From NCBI GenBank assembly GCA_037444405.1, contig JBBIML010000027.1, positions 1-36,929 on the forward strand: a stretch of 36,929 nt of DNA, given 5' to 3'. The stretch's first letter is position 1. Each line of letters begins with the position of its first letter. The notes below the pieces were generated by a model that searched no databases, had not been told where the DNA came from, and saw nothing but the letters and a program-made list of their open reading frames with translations. This DNA comes from Armatimonadota bacterium (GTDB taxonomy: Bacteria; Armatimonadota; Fimbriimonadia; Fimbriimonadales; GBS-DC). This document shows, piece after piece, positions 19,372 to 28,462 of this stretch. Position numbers and translations under genes: made by a program.

Positions 19372-20586
19372 TTATGCGATTCGCAGTTGTGGCTCGGTGG
19401 AGATGGTCAGGGGCGGCGGGAGGCGTTCGGCTTCGGCGGCGGGCAGGAAGACGGAGAAGCGCGTGCCTTTGCCCACCTCACTGGCGACCTTAATTGTGCC
19501 GTTATGCTCCGCGATGACCTGTCGGGCGATGGAGAGTCCCAGCCCTGTGCCCTCCGCTTTGCGCGTGTAGAACGGCTCGAAGATTCGTTCCAGCGCGTCG
19601 GGCGGGATGCCCTCGCCTGTATCTTCCACATGCACCCACACGCCGCTGGGATCGTCCGACGGCTCACTGGTGACGGTGATGACGCCGCTGGCGGGCGTCG
19701 CCTGCTGGGCGTTAATCAGCAGGTTGGTGAACACCTGCTGGAGTCGGGGTGCATTCCCCCATACAGGCGGCAACTCGGGCGCCAGATTCTTCTGCAGTAC
19801 AAGCCCCTGCCGCAGCAGCACATGCTCGGTGAACACGAACGAATCGCTCAGCACCTGATTGATGTTCACAAGGCTGCGCTGGGTGGGATCAGAGGTGCGG
19901 GCAAAGCGCAGGAGCGTGCCGACAATATCGCGGGCGCGATAGACGCCCTGCATCATGTTCTCCAGCGCCTGCAGCAGTCGTTCTTGCTCGGCGTCGGACA
20001 GCTCGCTCGCGCGTTTGTGCCTGAGTTTCTCGTAGATCATCTGGGCGAAGCCCAGCACGGCGGTCAGCGGGTTGTTCAGCTCGTGCGCCACGCCCGCCGC
20101 CAGCTGCCCGATTGCCGACATCTTCTCGTTCTGGATGAGCGCCTCCGACTTCTGCTTCAGCTCCTCATAGGCTTGCTGGAGCTGCTCGAAGAGCATGCGG
20201 TTGTGCCGTCGCAGGTTGCGTCGCTCCAGCGCGCGTTCCACCACCGTGTTCAACACGGCGATATCGTCCAGCGGCTTGAGCAGATATTCGAAGATGTTGC
20301 CCGCCTTGAACGCCTGCAGCGCGTTTTCGAGCGTGCCGTGCCCCGTCAGCACGATAATCTCGGTGTCGGGATAGAGTTCGTGCGCCGCGCTGATGACGCT
20401 CAAGCCATCCTTGCGGGGCATCTTCATGTCGGTGATGACAACGGGATACTCGCGCTGGTGCAGTTTCTGGATGGCTTCCTCGCCGTTGCTGGCGGTCTCC
20501 ACCTGAAAGCCTCCCATTTGCAACTGACGCGCCAGCACATAGCGCAGATCTTCCTCGTCGTCCACAATCAGAATCGGCTCCTCCAC
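19372..20586 (-). CDS. Cytoplasmic hybrid sensor: receiver domain plus NtrB-type histidine kinase
   Basis: ILIVDDE, VITDMKMP, LLKP; VAHELNNPL, NLLINA, DTGEGI, FEPFYT, GTGLGL. Confidence 0.93.
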   Translation of the reverse strand: MEEPILIVDDEEDLRYVLARQLQMGGFQVETASNGEEAIQKLHQREYPVVITDMKMPRKDGLSVISAAHELYPDTEIIVLTGHGTLENALQAFKAGNIFEYLLKPLDDIAVLNTVVERALERRNLRRHNRMLFEQLQQAYEELKQKSEALIQNEKMSAIGQLAAGVAHELNNPLTAVLGFAQMIYEKLRHKRASELSDAEQERLLQALENMMQGVYRARDIVGTLLRFARTSDPTQRSLVNINQVLSDSFVFTEHVLLRQGLVLQKNLAPELPPVWGNAPRLQQVFTNLLINAQQATPASGVITVTSEPSDDPSGVWVHVEDTGEGIPPDALERIFEPFYTRKAEGTGLGLSIARQVIAEHNGTIKVASEVGKGTRFSVFLPAAEAERLPPPLTISTEPQLRIA

Positions 20587-20712
20587 CGCGGCTCACCTCT
20601 GTATTTGACTCGCTGGTCAGTATTTTCGGCAGATTCGCCCTTTTTTGGAGCGGGCATCCGCTGGCAGGAGGCGCACGCCCTTTATCGAACCTGCGGGTGA
20701 AGGGAGCAAGCG

Positions 20713-22251
20713 ATGTTAGCAAAGGTCGATAGCGCGGCGTTGCACGGGATCGACGCCTTCACGGTTCAGGTGGAGGTCGATATGCAGCCGGGTATGCCCC
20801 ACTGGACGCTGGTGGGTCTGCCCGATACGGCGGTGCAGGAATCGCGCGAGCGCGTGCGCACCGCCATCCGCAATGTGGGGCTGGACTTCCCTTTGCGAAA
20901 GTTGACCATCAATCTCGCGCCTGCCGATGTGCGCAAGGAGGGACCCGCCTATGATCTGCCGATTGCCGTCGGCATTCTGGCGGTCTCGGAACAGATTCCG
21001 CTCGATCGGCTGGACGAGACGCTGATCGTGGGCGAGCTGTCGCTGGATGGGGGCGTGCGCGCGGTGAACGGCGTGCTGTCGATCGCCCTGCACGCGCGCG
21101 AGTCGGGCAAGCGGCGGGTGATCGTGCCCGCCGTGAACGCACTCGAAGCTGCCGTCGTGCGCGAGATAGAGGTGATTGGCGTCGACAGTCTGGTCGATGT
21201 GGTGCAATACTTTCACGATCCTGACAGTCGCCAGCCGACGCGTGTCGATGTGAACGCGCTGTTGAGCGCGCTGCCCGATTATGAGGTCGACTTTGCCGAG
21301 ATTCGGGGTCAGGAGCAGGCGAAGCGGGCGCTGGAGATTGCAGCGGCGGGCGGGCACAATGTGCTGCTGATCGGACCACCGGGTTCGGGCAAGACGATGC
21401 TGGCGCGGCGGCTGCCCACCATTCTGCCGCCGATGACGCTGGAGGAGGCGTTGCAGACCACACGCCTCTACAGCGCGGCAGGACTGCTGCCGCCCCGAAC
21501 GGGACTGATGACCACGCGCCCGTTCCGCTCGCCCCATCACACCACCTCCTACGCCGCGCTGGTGGGCGGCGGCACCATCCCGCGCCCTGGCGAAATCTCG
21601 CTCGCGCATAACGGCGTGCTGTTTCTGGACGAGCTGCCCGAATTCAAGCGCGATGTGCTGGAGGCGCTGCGCCAGCCGCTGGAAGATGGCGTCGTGTCGG
21701 TGTCGCGCGTGCAGGCTGCCGTGCAGTTCCCCGCGCAGACCATGCTGGTCGCCGCGATGAACCCCTGTCCGTGCGGCTTTCACGGCGACCCCCAGCACAA
21801 CTGCAACTGCTCACCCACGATGATCCGCAAATATCTGCAGCGCATCTCGGGTCCCTTGCTGGATCGAATCGATATCCACTTAGAGGTGCCGCGCCTGCGG
21901 CAGGAGGAGCTGATGAGCCTTCAGCAGGGCGAGCCATCGGCAGCCATCCGCGAGCGGGTGGTGCGCGCCCGCCTGCGCCAGCTGGAACGGCTCCAACCCT
22001 ACGGGCTGGTGTGCAACGCGCAGATGAGCAGCAAGCTCGTGCGCCACTTCTGCCCGATTGGCGAGGAGGTGCGCGCCTACCTGCGGAACGCCGTGCAGCG
22101 ACTGGGGCTGAGCGCCCGCGCCTTTGACCGCATCCTCAAAATCGCCCGTACCATCGCCGACCTCGAAGGCGACGAGCAGATTCAGCTCCCGCACATCGCT
22201 GAAGCCGTGCAATATCGCAGCATCGACCGCCGATTCTGGGGCACAGGGTGA
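20713..22251 (+). CDS. comM: YifB/ComM Mg-chelatase-like AAA+ ATPase
   Basis: VGLPDTAVQESRER, GPPGSGKT, PFRSPHHT, LFLDELPEF, MNPCPCG, SGPLLDRID. Confidence 0.95.
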   Translation: MLAKVDSAALHGIDAFTVQVEVDMQPGMPHWTLVGLPDTAVQESRERVRTAIRNVGLDFPLRKLTINLAPADVRKEGPAYDLPIAVGILAVSEQIPLDRLDETLIVGELSLDGGVRAVNGVLSIALHARESGKRRVIVPAVNALEAAVVREIEVIGVDSLVDVVQYFHDPDSRQPTRVDVNALLSALPDYEVDFAEIRGQEQAKRALEIAAAGGHNVLLIGPPGSGKTMLARRLPTILPPMTLEEALQTTRLYSAAGLLPPRTGLMTTRPFRSPHHTTSYAALVGGGTIPRPGEISLAHNGVLFLDELPEFKRDVLEALRQPLEDGVVSVSRVQAAVQFPAQTMLVAAMNPCPCGFHGDPQHNCNCSPTMIRKYLQRISGPLLDRIDIHLEVPRLRQEELMSLQQGEPSAAIRERVVRARLRQLERLQPYGLVCNAQMSSKLVRHFCPIGEEVRAYLRNAVQRLGLSARAFDRILKIARTIADLEGDEQIQLPHIAEAVQYRSIDRRFWGTG

Positions 22252-22333
22252 AAATCGATCCGTGACCACCCGTAGCACGGGCATGATGCCTGTGCCTCGA
22301 CCACCGATTCTGGGGCATCAGGTGAAAATCGAT
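22223..22333. repeat. 37-bp imperfect direct repeat of the comM 3' end around a GTAG-type REP
   Basis: 22223-22259 vs 22297-22333, 33/37 identical; between them gtagcacgggcatgatgcctgtgc. Confidence 0.8.
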
Positions 22334-22364
22334 GTCCGCTTTTTGGGGGTTTTGGAGTCTATTA
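22329..22364 (+). promoter_or_regulatory. Bipartite motif TCGATGTCCGCTT-N13-GAGTCT (putative ECF-sigma promoter)
   Basis: Same blocks and spacing at 32360-32391; partial copy at 10633-10661. Confidence 0.55.
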
Positions 22365-22369
22365 AGGGT

Positions 22370-22470
22370 GGATGACCTCTCACAGGGGTCAGCCAACAGG
22401 GCGAAAATTTGGAGACATCGGCGGCGCTGGGCTTTGATCCTCCTTTCGACAGCGTCGCCCATTTTTTTTT
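22370..22470 (+). ncRNA. Candidate small RNA or attenuator leader upstream of htrA
   Basis: Follows the promoter-like motif; 8-bp hairpin 22373-22391; 10-bp stem 22420-22459 with CCTCCTTTC in the loop, then a T9 tract. Confidence 0.35.
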
Positions 22471-22520
22471 CGCCTGCATGACAGCGCCCCGATGGGTATA
22501 CTGGGAAAGGAGGCGAGGTT

Positions 22521-23693
22521 ATGAAAACGGTGGGTCAGGCGATGCGGAAGGTGCTGGGGTTCCTGCTACTGTTCGCGTGCGGTTTTGTGGCGGGCGTGTA
22601 TGTGTTGCGCACCTATTTCCCGGGGTTGCTTGTGAATAATGGCTTGTCGGCGCCGGCGCAGGTGAGTGAGCCGAGCAAGCGGGCGCTGCTTGCTGCGCTG
22701 GAGGCGCCCGTGCCTGCAGGTGCGCCGCCCACCTCCTTCGAGACGATGCTGCGAACCGCCACCGAGCGTATCGCGCCTGCCGTCGTGAATGTGGACACCT
22801 CAGGTGAGGTGCTGACCTGGTGGGGTGAAGCCCGCCGCGTGGAGGGCAAAGGCTCCGGCGTGATTATCAATAAGGACGGTTTCGTGGTCACGAACAACCA
22901 TGTGATCCGAATCCGCAACCAGATAGCGCCGCAAATCGTGGTGACGCTGGCTGATGGGCGACGGTTCCGCGCGCGCGTCATCGGCACCGACTCCTACAAC
23001 GATATTGCTCTGCTCAAGATTGATGGGACGAACCTGCCCGTTGCGCCGCTGGGCGACTCCGACCAGTTGCATGTGGGGGACTGGGTGATTGCCGTGGGCA
23101 ACCCGTTCGGGCTGGAGAACACGGTGACGGCAGGCATCGTCAGCGCGTTGAACCGCAATCTGGCAGGGGGTGAGGAGGTGCCGGGCGGTCTGATTCAGAC
23201 CGACGCGGCGATCAACGCGGGCAACTCCGGGGGCGCACTGGCGAACTCGCGCGGGCAACTGGTCGGCATCAACACCGCCATCTATTCGCCGGTGGGCGCC
23301 AATGTGGGCATCGGCTTCGCCATCCCCATCAATCGGGTGCGTCAGGTGGTGCGCGATATTCTGGAGCATGGCTCCATCGGCCGGGTGTGGCTGGGGATTG
23401 GCTACCGCGACATCAGCGATCCCGCGCTGCGCCGCCTGCTGCAGGAACAGTTCCCCGACCTGCGCTTCCCGAAGCAGGGCATGCTGATTGTGAATGTGGT
23501 GGAGGGCGCGCCCGCTCACCGGGCAGGCATCCAGCCACTGGATGTACTGATTGCGATGGACGGACGCGCACTGACCAGCATCGAGCAGTTCCAGCAGATG
23601 ATCCGCCGCGTGCGCCTGAACCGACCCATCCGATTCACCGTCTGGCGTGAAGGGCGCACGCTGACCATCGATGTGGTGCCCGTCGAGCGGTGA
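22521..23693 (+). CDS. HtrA/DegP-family serine protease with one PDZ domain
   Basis: N-terminal TM, TNNHV, DIALLK, IQTDAAINAGNSGG, PDZ. Confidence 0.95.
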   Translation: MKTVGQAMRKVLGFLLLFACGFVAGVYVLRTYFPGLLVNNGLSAPAQVSEPSKRALLAALEAPVPAGAPPTSFETMLRTATERIAPAVVNVDTSGEVLTWWGEARRVEGKGSGVIINKDGFVVTNNHVIRIRNQIAPQIVVTLADGRRFRARVIGTDSYNDIALLKIDGTNLPVAPLGDSDQLHVGDWVIAVGNPFGLENTVTAGIVSALNRNLAGGEEVPGGLIQTDAAINAGNSGGALANSRGQLVGINTAIYSPVGANVGIGFAIPINRVRQVVRDILEHGSIGRVWLGIGYRDISDPALRRLLQEQFPDLRFPKQGMLIVNVVEGAPAHRAGIQPLDVLIAMDGRALTSIEQFQQMIRRVRLNRPIRFTVWREGRTLTIDVVPVER

Positions 23694-25477
23694 AGCGGGG
23701 CACGCTGCGTATGTTCAGCGAGTCTCTGGTGCCGGAATACACCCTGCGCTGGAACCTGTACGGCGCGGGGCTGGAAAATCTGGGTCGGGCGGGCAAGCCG
23801 GAGCGCGTGCCCACGCCGAGACCCGCTCCCACGCAACTGCTCGTGCGCATGGATGCCGTCGGCATCTGCTACAGCGACCTCAAAATCGTGCGGCTGGGCG
23901 AACAGCACCCGAAAATCCGGCGCGATCTGCGTCGCCACCCCGTGGTGATGGGGCACGAAATCGCCTGCACGATTGCCGCCGTCGGCGAGCAACTCCAGCA
24001 TCGCTTCCTGCCAGGCGAGCGCTATGTGGTGCAGGCGGATGTCTACCTCAACGGCAAAAACATGGCGGTTGGCTACGCGCTGGACGGCGGCTTCACGCAG
24101 TACGGTCTGATCACCGAACCTGCACTGTTTGGCGACGACGGCTGCTACCTGCTGCGATGCCCGGAGCATCTCTCTTATGCGGAGGCTGCGCTGGTGGAGC
24201 CGTGGGCGTGCGTGGTCGCCAGCTATCGGTTGTGCCCGCGCCCGACGCCGCGCCCGAACGCCCGCTGGCTCGTGATTCTGCCACATAGCCACGAGGTGCG
24301 GTATCGCTGTCGCGCCCTTGAAAGCCTGCAGGCGGAGCGCGATAACGGCATCGCCCTTATAGTCCACGACCCGCGGGGTAACCCGCTGATGGACGCCTTC
24401 CTGCAAACGGCGCAGCGGCTCGGCATGCGAACCCACACGCTCACGGTGGAGCCAGAGCCGTGCCTGACGGGTGAGTGGCTGCCCGAAGTCAAAGCGCGGT
24501 TCACCGGGGGCGAGGGCTTCGACGATGTGCTGCTGTTTGGCGAGCCGACGCCATCCCTGCTCAAAGCCTGCATCGACGCGCTCGCGTATGGCGGGCACCT
24601 GAGCTTCACCTGCCATCGCCCTCTGCCGCCCGTCGCCGTCGATATCGGACGCCTGCACTACGACCGCCTGATGATTATGGGCACGATCAGCTGGGACATC
24701 ACCGACGCCTGGAGCCGAACGCGCTCCACCGCCCTTCAGCCCAACGAGAGCCTGCTGATCCTGGGCGCGGGCGGACCGATGGGGCAGATGCACCTGCATT
24801 ACGCGCTGAGTCAGCCCGACCCGCCTGAACGCATCGTGCTGGTCGATCGCCACGCGGAGCGCCTGAGCGTGCTGAAGGCGATTGCAGAGAGCATACGCCC
24901 CAGCCGACAGGTGGAGCTGCACTTCTATAACGCGGCGGGCGTGCCGTCCGAGCGCCAGCAAGAGGAGTTGCGAGCGTTCAGCCCCTTCGGGTATAGCCAG
25001 ATTATGTGCCTGTCTTCCGCGCCAGAGGCGGTTGCATTAGCGTATCCGCTGCTGGGCGATGGGGGCGTGCTGAACCTGTTTGCAGGCATCCCGCGCGGTG
25101 TGGAACTCGCACTCGATCTGACGCCGCTGGCGACGCGCCACCTGCGTCTGATGGGTAGCAGCGGCTCCAGCATGAGCGATATGGCGCATTGCCTGCAGCT
25201 AACAGCCGACGGCGTACTGCCCGTGCGACGGGTGCTGAGCGCGATTGGCGGTCTGAACGCCCTGCCCGAAGCGTTGCAGGCTGTGCAGGCGCACCGCTAC
25301 ACAGGCAAGGTGGTGCTGTTCCCCAACCTGCCCAAACTGCCGCTGATGGGGCTGGACGAACTGCCTCAGCAGCTGCCTGAGGTCGCGCACCATCTGGAGG
25401 ATGGACGATTCTGGACGCCCGCCGCCGAACACGCCCTGTTTGAATATTATCACCAAAGGTATACTCCTGACGGGTGA
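23690..25477 (+). CDS. Medium-chain Zn-dependent dehydrogenase, extended (sorbose-1-phosphate reductase-like)
   Basis: GICYSD, GHE, ALVEPWACV, GAGGPMG; start could be 23711. Confidence 0.8.
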   Translation: MKRGTLRMFSESLVPEYTLRWNLYGAGLENLGRAGKPERVPTPRPAPTQLLVRMDAVGICYSDLKIVRLGEQHPKIRRDLRRHPVVMGHEIACTIAAVGEQLQHRFLPGERYVVQADVYLNGKNMAVGYALDGGFTQYGLITEPALFGDDGCYLLRCPEHLSYAEAALVEPWACVVASYRLCPRPTPRPNARWLVILPHSHEVRYRCRALESLQAERDNGIALIVHDPRGNPLMDAFLQTAQRLGMRTHTLTVEPEPCLTGEWLPEVKARFTGGEGFDDVLLFGEPTPSLLKACIDALAYGGHLSFTCHRPLPPVAVDIGRLHYDRLMIMGTISWDITDAWSRTRSTALQPNESLLILGAGGPMGQMHLHYALSQPDPPERIVLVDRHAERLSVLKAIAESIRPSRQVELHFYNAAGVPSERQQEELRAFSPFGYSQIMCLSSAPEAVALAYPLLGDGGVLNLFAGIPRGVELALDLTPLATRHLRLMGSSGSSMSDMAHCLQLTADGVLPVRRVLSAIGGLNALPEALQAVQAHRYTGKVVLFPNLPKLPLMGLDELPQQLPEVAHHLEDGRFWTPAAEHALFEYYHQRYTPDG

Positions 25478-25484
25478 CGGACGG

Positions 25485-27032
25485 ATGACCGCGACGATGG
25501 CGATATTGACCCTGCTGATGGTGCTGCTCGGCGGCATCATCGCCTACGGTGGCGACTGGCTCGGACGGCGACTGGGCAAACAGCGCCTGAGCCTGCTGGG
25601 ACTGCGCCCGCGATACACCGCGACGCTCATCACCACGCTCACCGGCTGTCTGACCGTCGCGCTGACCATCACAACGATGACGCTGGTGAACGAGGCGTTC
25701 CGCGAATGGATCACGCGCGGCGACCAGATTCTGATGGAGCTGCGCCGTAACGAGCGCGAGCTAAGCCAGCGTGCAAAGGAGCTGAAGGCGCTGCAGGGTG
25801 AGGTTCAGCAGATGACAGACGAGCTTCAGCAGCTGCGCTCCCAGAATGATGCGCTCAAACAGCAGGAACAGGACCTGCGCGGGCAACTGCAGGCACGCCA
25901 GGCGCAGTTAGCTCAAGCCGAGGCGCGCCTGCAGCAAGTCGAAAATCGTCTCCAGAGGGAGATGGAGCGCGTGCGCCAGCTCCGCGCCCAGAGCCAGCAG
26001 CTGCGCCAGCGCGTGGCAACCCTCCGACAGGAGCGCAGCGCCCTCCAGCAGGAAATCCGCCAGCTGGAACAGACCCAGCAGGTGCTGAACGACCAGAACA
26101 GCATCCTCTCGCGCCAGAGCATCGAACTCACCCGCGAGAACGCCCAGCTCGAAAAGCAGAACCAACAACTCCACGAGCAGAACAGCCAGCTGGAGGAGCG
26201 CAATCGCCAGCTGACGGAGCGCAACCGCGAGCTGACAGAGCAAAATAGCCGGTTGCTCGACATCGCCGCCGAGCGTCGAAGCCGACTGGAGCAACTGCAA
26301 CGCGAGGTGAGCGACCTGCTGAAGCTGGTCAACATTCGCGTCATGCCGATAGCCGTCCATGCGGGCGAGGAGCTGACCCGTGTCGCCTTCCGTGCAGGGT
26401 TGAGTGAGGTGCGCGTGCGCCAGATGCTGGTCGACATGATGAAGCAGGCAGCGGAGAAGGCGCGGGAGCGCGGCGCCGCGCCCGATAGCGACGGACGCAC
26501 CGTGTTCATCCCCGAAAAGGTGGTGCGGCTCGCCTCTGGCGAGCAGGTCACGGTGAGCGAAGCCGCCAGCCTGGAGACGATCCTGACCAATATCCGCGCC
26601 TCGAGCGAGCCTGTGGTCGCGATTGTGTCCGCCGTTACCAACACCGCGAAGGGCGAACCTGTGCCGGTGGAGGTGCAGCTCTTTCGCAATCCCGTCATCT
26701 TCCGCGCAGGTCAGGAGATCGCCCGCACCGTGCTGGATTGCCGTGAAGGGAAGGACCCCTTCGCGCAGATGGTGGCGTTTCTGCAGGGGGCTATTCGCCA
26801 GACCGCGATCGATGCGGGGCTGATCCCGCGCATGGAGGCACTGGGAGCGCAACCGACGGTGGGCGAGATGGACGCCGCCGTGCTGCTCGCCATCGCCGAG
26901 CAAGCCCGCCGCTGCCCTGGCGACCGCGCTGTGCTGATCGCACGCGCCCGTCAGGACATCCGCGCCAGCGATGCGCTCCAGCTGGAGTTCGAAGTATTGC
27001 CCCTCTCCGCATCGGCAGGACACGGCGGCTGA
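25485..27032 (+). CDS. DUF3084 family coiled-coil membrane protein
   Basis: GGIIAYGGDWLGRRLGKQRLSLLGLRPRYTA followed by a long Q/E/R coiled coil. Confidence 0.88.
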   Translation: MTATMAILTLLMVLLGGIIAYGGDWLGRRLGKQRLSLLGLRPRYTATLITTLTGCLTVALTITTMTLVNEAFREWITRGDQILMELRRNERELSQRAKELKALQGEVQQMTDELQQLRSQNDALKQQEQDLRGQLQARQAQLAQAEARLQQVENRLQREMERVRQLRAQSQQLRQRVATLRQERSALQQEIRQLEQTQQVLNDQNSILSRQSIELTRENAQLEKQNQQLHEQNSQLEERNRQLTERNRELTEQNSRLLDIAAERRSRLEQLQREVSDLLKLVNIRVMPIAVHAGEELTRVAFRAGLSEVRVRQMLVDMMKQAAEKARERGAAPDSDGRTVFIPEKVVRLASGEQVTVSEAASLETILTNIRASSEPVVAIVSAVTNTAKGEPVPVEVQLFRNPVIFRAGQEIARTVLDCREGKDPFAQMVAFLQGAIRQTAIDAGLIPRMEALGAQPTVGEMDAAVLLAIAEQARRCPGDRAVLIARARQDIRASDALQLEFEVLPLSASAGHGG

Positions 27033-27051
27033 ACCCGCGAATCGAGAGGCT

Positions 27052-27891
27052 ATGCAGGAACGATTGCTCGGCGCGCACATGTCCACCGCGGGCGGTCTGC
27101 AGAACGCGCTCTATAAAGGCAAGGCGATTGGCTGCACCGCCGTGCAACTGTTCACGGTTAGCCCGCGCCAGTGGCAGCCCGTGCAGGTCAGTCCCGAACA
27201 GGTTGAGGCGTTCCAGCGTGCGCGGGAGGAGACGGGCATTCAATGCGTCGTCTCGCACGCCGTGTACCTTATCAATCTTGCCGCGTCCGACCCCAGCACG
27301 CGGCGCCGATCGTTCGAAGCGTATCTGACGGAGCTGCAGCGGTGCGCCGCGCTGGGAATCCCCTACGCCGTGCTCCATATGGGTTCGAACCCCGATTTTG
27401 AAGCGGGCATGCGCCTGCTGATCGAGAGCCTGCGCCTGTTGCTGCAGGAGATGCCCGATGGGGTCTTTATCGCGATGGAGACGATGGCAGGACAGGGTTC
27501 GTCGCTCTGCTATCGGTTCGAGCATTTCACGCGCATTCTGGAGGCGTTGCCCAGCGAGCGACTGGTCATCTGCGCCGACAGCTGCCACCTGTTCGCCGCA
27601 GGCTACGACCTGCGCGACCCCGAATCGTACGAAGCTGTCTGGCAGGAGTTTGATCGCTTGATCGGGCTGGAGCGATTGCGCGTGTGGCACCTGAACGATT
27701 CTAAAAAGCCGCTCGGCTCGCGCGTCGATCGGCACGAGCATATCGGCTTCGGCGAACTGGGCGAGCAAGCGTTTCGGCTCATTATCAACGATCCGCGCTT
27801 CGCCCACCTGCCGATGCTGTTAGAGACGCCCGACGACACCCGCTTCGAGGAAGACCTCGCCCGCCTGCGAAGTTATCTTCTTTGCTCCTGA
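27052..27891 (+). CDS. nfo: Endonuclease IV
   Basis: GAHMSTAGG, HAVYLINL, ETMAGQG, DSCHLFAAGY, HLNDSK, DRHEHIG, LETP. Confidence 0.96.
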   Translation: MQERLLGAHMSTAGGLQNALYKGKAIGCTAVQLFTVSPRQWQPVQVSPEQVEAFQRAREETGIQCVVSHAVYLINLAASDPSTRRRSFEAYLTELQRCAALGIPYAVLHMGSNPDFEAGMRLLIESLRLLLQEMPDGVFIAMETMAGQGSSLCYRFEHFTRILEALPSERLVICADSCHLFAAGYDLRDPESYEAVWQEFDRLIGLERLRVWHLNDSKKPLGSRVDRHEHIGFGELGEQAFRLIINDPRFAHLPMLLETPDDTRFEEDLARLRSYLLCS

Positions 27892-27904
27892 CCGAGCAGT
27901 CTTA

Positions 27905-27947
27905 GCCCTCACCCCCAGCCCCTCTCCCACGCTGCGGAAGAGGGGAG
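27905..27947. repeat. CCCTC-family palindromic element
   Basis: gccctcacccccagcccctctcccacgctgcggaagaggggag. Confidence 0.75.
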
Positions 27948-28014
27948 CCACGCATCCTGGCTCAATAAAATCAAACTGAGCCTCAGGAATTTTCAGCGGA
28001 AAAGCCCGTAGGAC

Positions 28015-28044
28015 TTGACTTTTTTGTCATGCAGGGGGTATAAT
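28015..28044 (+). promoter_or_regulatory. Sigma70-type promoter
   Basis: TTGACT-N18-TATAAT, 9 nt before ATG 28054. Confidence 0.75.
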
Positions 28045-28053
28045 CGGCGCAGG

Positions 28054-28449
28054 ATGAGAAGAGCCTATCCGCAGCCGACGCGCTGCCCGATATGCAACGG
28101 CAAACTGCAGGTGACGCAACTCACCTGCGAGGAGTGCGGCACCATCCTGCAGGGGCAGTTCCAGTCGTGCCGATTCTGCACGCTGGATGCGGAGCAGCTG
28201 CGCTTTCTGGAGGTGTTCCTGCGGGCGCGCGGGATGTTAGCGGGAGTGGAGCGCGAGCTGGGCATCAGCTACCCGACCGCCCGCAACAAGCTGGACGCGC
28301 TCCTGCTCGCGCTGGGGCTGGCGCCCATCCCGCAACCTCCCAAAGAGAACGAAGCCATCGCCCGCCAGCAGCGCGAGATCCTCGATATGCTGGAGCAGGG
28401 GCAAATCACTGCCGAAGAGGCAGCCCGAAAACTCAGAGCATTACGCTGA
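28054..28449 (+). CDS. DUF2089 family zinc-ribbon/HTH protein with SHOCT-like tail
   Basis: CPIC..CEEC, LGISYPTARNKLD, ILDMLEQGQITAEEA. Confidence 0.9.
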   Translation: MRRAYPQPTRCPICNGKLQVTQLTCEECGTILQGQFQSCRFCTLDAEQLRFLEVFLRARGMLAGVERELGISYPTARNKLDALLLALGLAPIPQPPKENEAIARQQREILDMLEQGQITAEEAARKLRALR

Positions 28450-28462
28450 TGGAGGTACACCC

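Noticed and set aside
22223..22333. 37-bp repeat/37-bp spacer as a mini-CRISPR
   Set aside because: The repeat is the comM 3' end and the spacer is a REP hairpin; no CRISPR-like terminus
22381..22460. c-di-GMP riboswitch
   Set aside because: Only a superficial GGGCGAAA similarity; the GAAA tetraloop and receptor architecture are absent
25740..26320. Repetitive Q/E/R-rich DNA in DUF3084 (and in the flotillin)
   Set aside because: Ordinary coiled-coil coding sequence
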